This document shows, in pieces, positions 60,283-64,000 of a DNA stretch of 64,000 nucleotides. The stretch is from the NCBI GenBank assembly GCA_964270895.1, contig OZ185443.1; one strand, written 5' to 3'. Position 1 is the first letter of the stretch, and each line of letters starts with the position of its first letter. The notes beneath the pieces were generated by a model that saw only the letters and a list, made by a program, of their open reading frames with translations, ran no database searches and had not been told where the DNA came from. The position numbers and the translations under genes were made by a program. This stretch comes from Podarcis filfolensis. Its lineage: Eukaryota.

Positions 60283-60580
60283 CTATTTTAGTATGTTCAT
60301 TGCAATATCAGTATTTCTGTGCAACTTAAATATCATTTTATGCTACACCACTCCTATAATCTCATCAAATCTTGCTAACCCAAGAAATACTATCCAAATG
60401 CTGTAAAGACTCTTAATACAATGCTGCATTGTGGCTCTGACAAAGCGTATGGTGGATACAAAATTGCAAAAGGAATTCAGTTTCCTCTTTCTAGATGTAT
60501 AGAATTAGAAAGCTGTGGGCGGGACACAACAATTTGAAGAATTCCTTGAGGAATGCTACAAAATAGTTTGTATAGTTTAC

Positions 60581-60612
60581 CTGTCCACAGGAACATGGGG
60601 CTTATCTATGAA
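60581..60612 (-). CDS. Candidate coding exon (FIDKPHVPVD-R), phase 0/2
   Basis: Acceptor ttccattcttgtcattgacAG, donor CAG|GTAAAC, 32 nt. Confidence 0.6.
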
Positions 60613-60769
60613 CTGTCAATGACAAGAATGGAAACCTTATGGTTCATAGTTCTCTTCTCTTTGACCTCTGAAATCTTAATACACAAAAAATAATCTTTTT
60701 ATTATTATTTATTAAATTTGCATACTGTCCTTCATCTGTAGATCTGAGGGCAGTTCACAACATAATATG

Positions 60770-60942
60770 GGCTTCTCCTGCTCTGGAGGGTAGGACATGT
60801 ACTAATGGCTTCAAGTTACAAAAAAAGGAGATTCCACCTAAACATCAGGAAGTAAGGGTCATGGATGCTTTAGCTGAGATTCCTGCATTGCAGAGGGTTA
60901 GATGGCCCTTGGAGGTCCCTTCTAACTCTATGATTCTGTGAT
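60770..60942 (+). mobile_element. CR1 LINE 3' fragment
   Basis: GGACATGTACTAATGGCTTCAAGTTACAA..GATTCCACCTAAACATCAGGAAG and a TTCTAACTCTATGATTCTGTGA tail. Confidence 0.75.
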
Positions 60943-61250
60943 GTGTTATCTATTCACAATCTATTCAGAAGCTGCCAGTACACAGTCTTAAGGGTAATTG
61001 TTTTAGCATAACATCTGACAGTCACCACAGTATTTTTAAAGGAGACAAAAATATTATTCTTGCAGTTTGTGCATGCATACTATCTCTCAAGCACATACTG
61101 ATGTACTATATTTACTTCTATTCAACGTTCACTTTCAGTTTGTAACACAAGTAATCAGAAGTATTTTAAATACATACAGGCATATATTTAACTTGTGAAT
61201 CATTTCTTTTCCCCCCTGACAGAATCCTGATGACTTCATTATCTTCATAC

Positions 61251-61307
61251 TGTTATGCACTTCCCAAAATAATTTCCATTTATTTTCAGAGCATATTCAG
61301 ACATAAA
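61251..61307 (-). CDS. Candidate coding exon of unidentified minus-strand gene (FMSEYALKINGNYFGKCIT), phase 0/0
   Basis: Acceptor attcatttccAG, donor ACA|GTATGA, 57 nt open, phase-compatible with the next exon. Confidence 0.55.
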
Positions 61308-62208
61308 CTGGAAATGAATATATTTGGCACACATGTATGAGCCAACAAACTGGTGATAACAAGAGAAATAAAGTGCAGAGAAGTGCGTGTGATCTCTGCG
61401 TTCTTGCCCCTTCTCCTTCCACTAGCTTTACAGATTTCCTGTCCTGGGGAAGACAATGGGTCAGTGCCATGGAAATGAGAATGAGAAGAAGTATTAGTGA
61501 GTATAATATAGCAAGTGGCAAGGGAAGAGACATATAATTTTATGAGACCATATTCTGTAGTCCTGTAAAACCTGCTCCCTGCCCTGCAAGCCCTTTATCA
61601 CCTGGCCTGGGAGGGCAGGGCCCTGACTGGCTCCAGCTACAGAAGCTGAGGCTGCTGAAGAGGCCAGAGACCATCTTCACTGTCTCTTAGCAAAGGCCCA
61701 AGACATGGAGCCTGAGCTTTCACAGCTGCCACTTGTCATGAACCACCATCAGAAGGATAGGCAGCAACAGCAGCCAATATGTTCTGTGCTTGTGATAATA
61801 TTTTATTCTCTTGTTAATTATGCTGTTTGAAATGTGCATTTTAGATTTCACTTTAGCAATGATTCCTTTTGAAATGTTTTTAAGATAATTTTGGGGGGTT
61901 CATTTCCCTGTGTTAAATGTGCATTCTGTAGCTGACCTCCTTCATAACGTTTTCTTTTGAAATCTTTAAGATAATGTTTTAGTTTCCTGTTAATAAATGC
62001 TGCTTTGAAAATATCCTTTATATTTCACTTTCTGCAGTAATGTTTCCTTCTGTATTCTTTTATTTGATGTTTTAATGTGGGTTGTAAACCGCTTTTAAAA
62101 ATCATAAAAATATAAAGCAATATAGATTATTAATATTATTATGTTGCTATTATTATGTTATTATTATTATTTTAGGCCACATCTACTTTCCAATACTTTA
62201 TATACCTA

Positions 62209-62258
62209 GACCCCCAATTTGATTTTCTTCTTCCCATTCTGTCTTAGCCTTGGTTCTA
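62209..62258 (-). CDS. Candidate coding exon (K-TKAKTEWEEENQIGGL), phase 2/1
   Basis: Acceptor ctccttatgttcttAG overlaps the end of a CR1-type repeat; donor TAG|GTATAT. No phase 1-to-0 linking exon to 61307 was found. Confidence 0.3.
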
Positions 62259-62559
62259 AGAACATAAGGAGAACCCTACAGGGTCAGATCAAAGGCCCAT
62301 CAAGTCAAACGTTCTGTTCTCACAGTTGCCAACCAGATGTCTATGAGTAACCCTGCAGCCAGGGCCTGAGCACAACAGTGCTCTCTCTATTCAAAGATGT
62401 CAGCAACTGCTACTCAAAGCTACACTGAAGTGTCAAAAATATTCATTGCGGTTCTCCTCTTTCTGACACTATTTTCATACTTGTGTCAAAGCCACTGACA
62501 AGATCTGTGGTAAATCTCACTATGCCTGGTTTTGCTAATTATACATTCATGTTTTCCTC

Positions 62560-62960
62560 CACCTAGTCTTTTTCATTTTTAAATCTTTTCTCTGATCTTC
62601 TTCTCTTGGCCGCATCTGTTTGCTATTTTAATTCTCTTTTTCAACCTCCTTCTTTGACCATTCTTTCCACAATTTCGTCAGATGCCTTTGGTCTATATAT
62701 TTTGGGTAAGAATTCTGTTGTCTCTCCTTCATTACTACCACCTGATTGTAATATTATGCCTACTTCTTCCACTTTAACAAATTAGTTTTGCATTCCCCCG
62801 TCATTTTCTCAGTTGTCCTCTGATCCAGTACCCTCTCAGTTTTAAGTAAGTGATGCTCTGTTTTATCTCCCCCTTCCTCTCCAGGCTATAAGCATGCAAC
62901 TGTTTCCAAAATTCTTTTTAAAAAGATTATTTGGATCCCTACGTCTTTCCAAATAATCAC
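62560..62960 (-). mobile_element. Degraded L1/Tx1-like LINE 3' ORF remnant
   Basis: Purine-rich minus strand with stop-interrupted EWSKK..REEDQRKD-like text. A similar remnant lies at about 1740-2120. Confidence 0.35.
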
Positions 62961-63669
62961 TATGTTTCTCTCCTTTTGCCTCCAAGCTATTGCAGTAGTT
63001 TACTTATTCTCTGTGCCTCCATTTTGTTTCTTCTAACTCTTTTTAGGCTGGAAAACCTATTCACACTTACCTGGGAGTAAGCTCCATGGAGCTCCCAAAA
63101 TTTAATAAGCTGTTTCAACAATTCTCTGCTTCTTAGTTCTCTTGATTCATTGTGAGACAGTGGTACAGTTATATACAATGATATACTGGCCAATCAGGAC
63201 CTGACCCACAGCCAAAAGTCAAAATGGAGCTTCTCCCTGATTTTAAGGGCTTCTTGGGACTCAGCTATACAACTGCAAATAAAACGTTTTAAGTGTTTTG
63301 TAAAGTGCAATATTCAAGTGTGACACTAGATGGCGATGGTGAGCTATGGCAAATTTAATATATTTTCCAAAAACTTTTTTTTTTTTAAAGCATCTTCACA
63401 GTGTTTTTTTATATGTGTGTAGATTCCACCTTAGGGATGTGGCAAGGTAACAAGCATGCCTCATGTTACTTAGCAATAGCCCTAGGCCCTTGGACAGAGA
63501 AACTCTAGAAGCCTGCTTGACATCTAGCAGAGATGCCAAGATTTCAAACATTAGAAAAAGGATGGAGTGCCTCTCCATTAAAGAAGGAAGATCTGACTTG
63601 GAATAGCTTATCTGGATTTTCTTGCATGCATTGTCAAGCAATATTTCTGGGATGTAGCAGATCACTCAC

Positions 63670-63716
63670 TTTGCCCAAAAGCTATTAGATATCACCGAGA
63701 CACACATTTCATGAGT
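63670..63716 (-). CDS. Candidate coding exon (THEMCVSVISNSFWA-K) with non-canonical CAC acceptor
   Basis: A long polypyrimidine tract ends in GCAC rather than CAG. Donor AA|GTGAGT. Confidence 0.25.
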
Positions 63717-64000
63717 GTGCAACCAAAACAAAAAAAGAAGGAAGGAAGGAAATTACTATTCAGTAATTCAAAAGCACTGAAAAGAGAGATGAGATCCAAA
63801 GTATCTGGAGCAGCTTTGATTTATGAGCTACAGGAAGACATGGACTCTGTAAAAAATATTTTTTAAAAAATCAGTGAGTTTTTATTAACTTTCTTGCTAG
63901 AAAAATATACGGAGGCATCTAATAATAAGACTGTTGCTTGTAGGAAAATATGGGGAATTGTGCAGCACAGCATCAGAGGGAAAGTCTTTCCTGTGCTCAG

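Noticed and set aside
63055-63090. CACTTACCTGGGAGTAAG as a minus-strand splice donor
   Set aside because: It belongs to a common short palindromic repeat relic (similar sequence at 40-80), and there is no open exon behind it.

Overview
AT-rich vertebrate genomic DNA, almost certainly from a squamate and most likely a lacertid lizard. The evidence is lacertid-type Sauria SINEs with (TTTACC)n tails, BovB LINE 3' ends, CORE-type SINEs, L2/CR1/L1 relics, a Penelope-type terminal repeat, hAT and Tc1/mariner-group MITEs and three solo LTRs. The only long ORF (15192-18491) is the intact APE-RT-zinc-finger ORF2 of a young, 5'-truncated RTE-X-like LINE (14423-18647, 10-bp TSD). Its ORF1 remnant and ORF2 are in the same frame, separated only by one TGA in the readthrough-type context TGA-CTA, and ORF2 has no AUG before its first endonuclease motif. 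This suggests programmed stop-codon readthrough. The right end (about 52.5-63.7 kb) holds the 3' part of a minus-strand protein-coding gene that I could not name. I reconstructed it by hand as a chain of phase-compatible small exons (20-102 nt). It has a 69-nt in-frame intron, an intronic sense-oriented solo LTR and a tail-to-tail SINE pair. The remainder looks intergenic and TE-rich, with a few repeat-poor blocks. Most short ORFs in the supplied track are chance or repeat-derived. All calls were made by eye; no database search was run.
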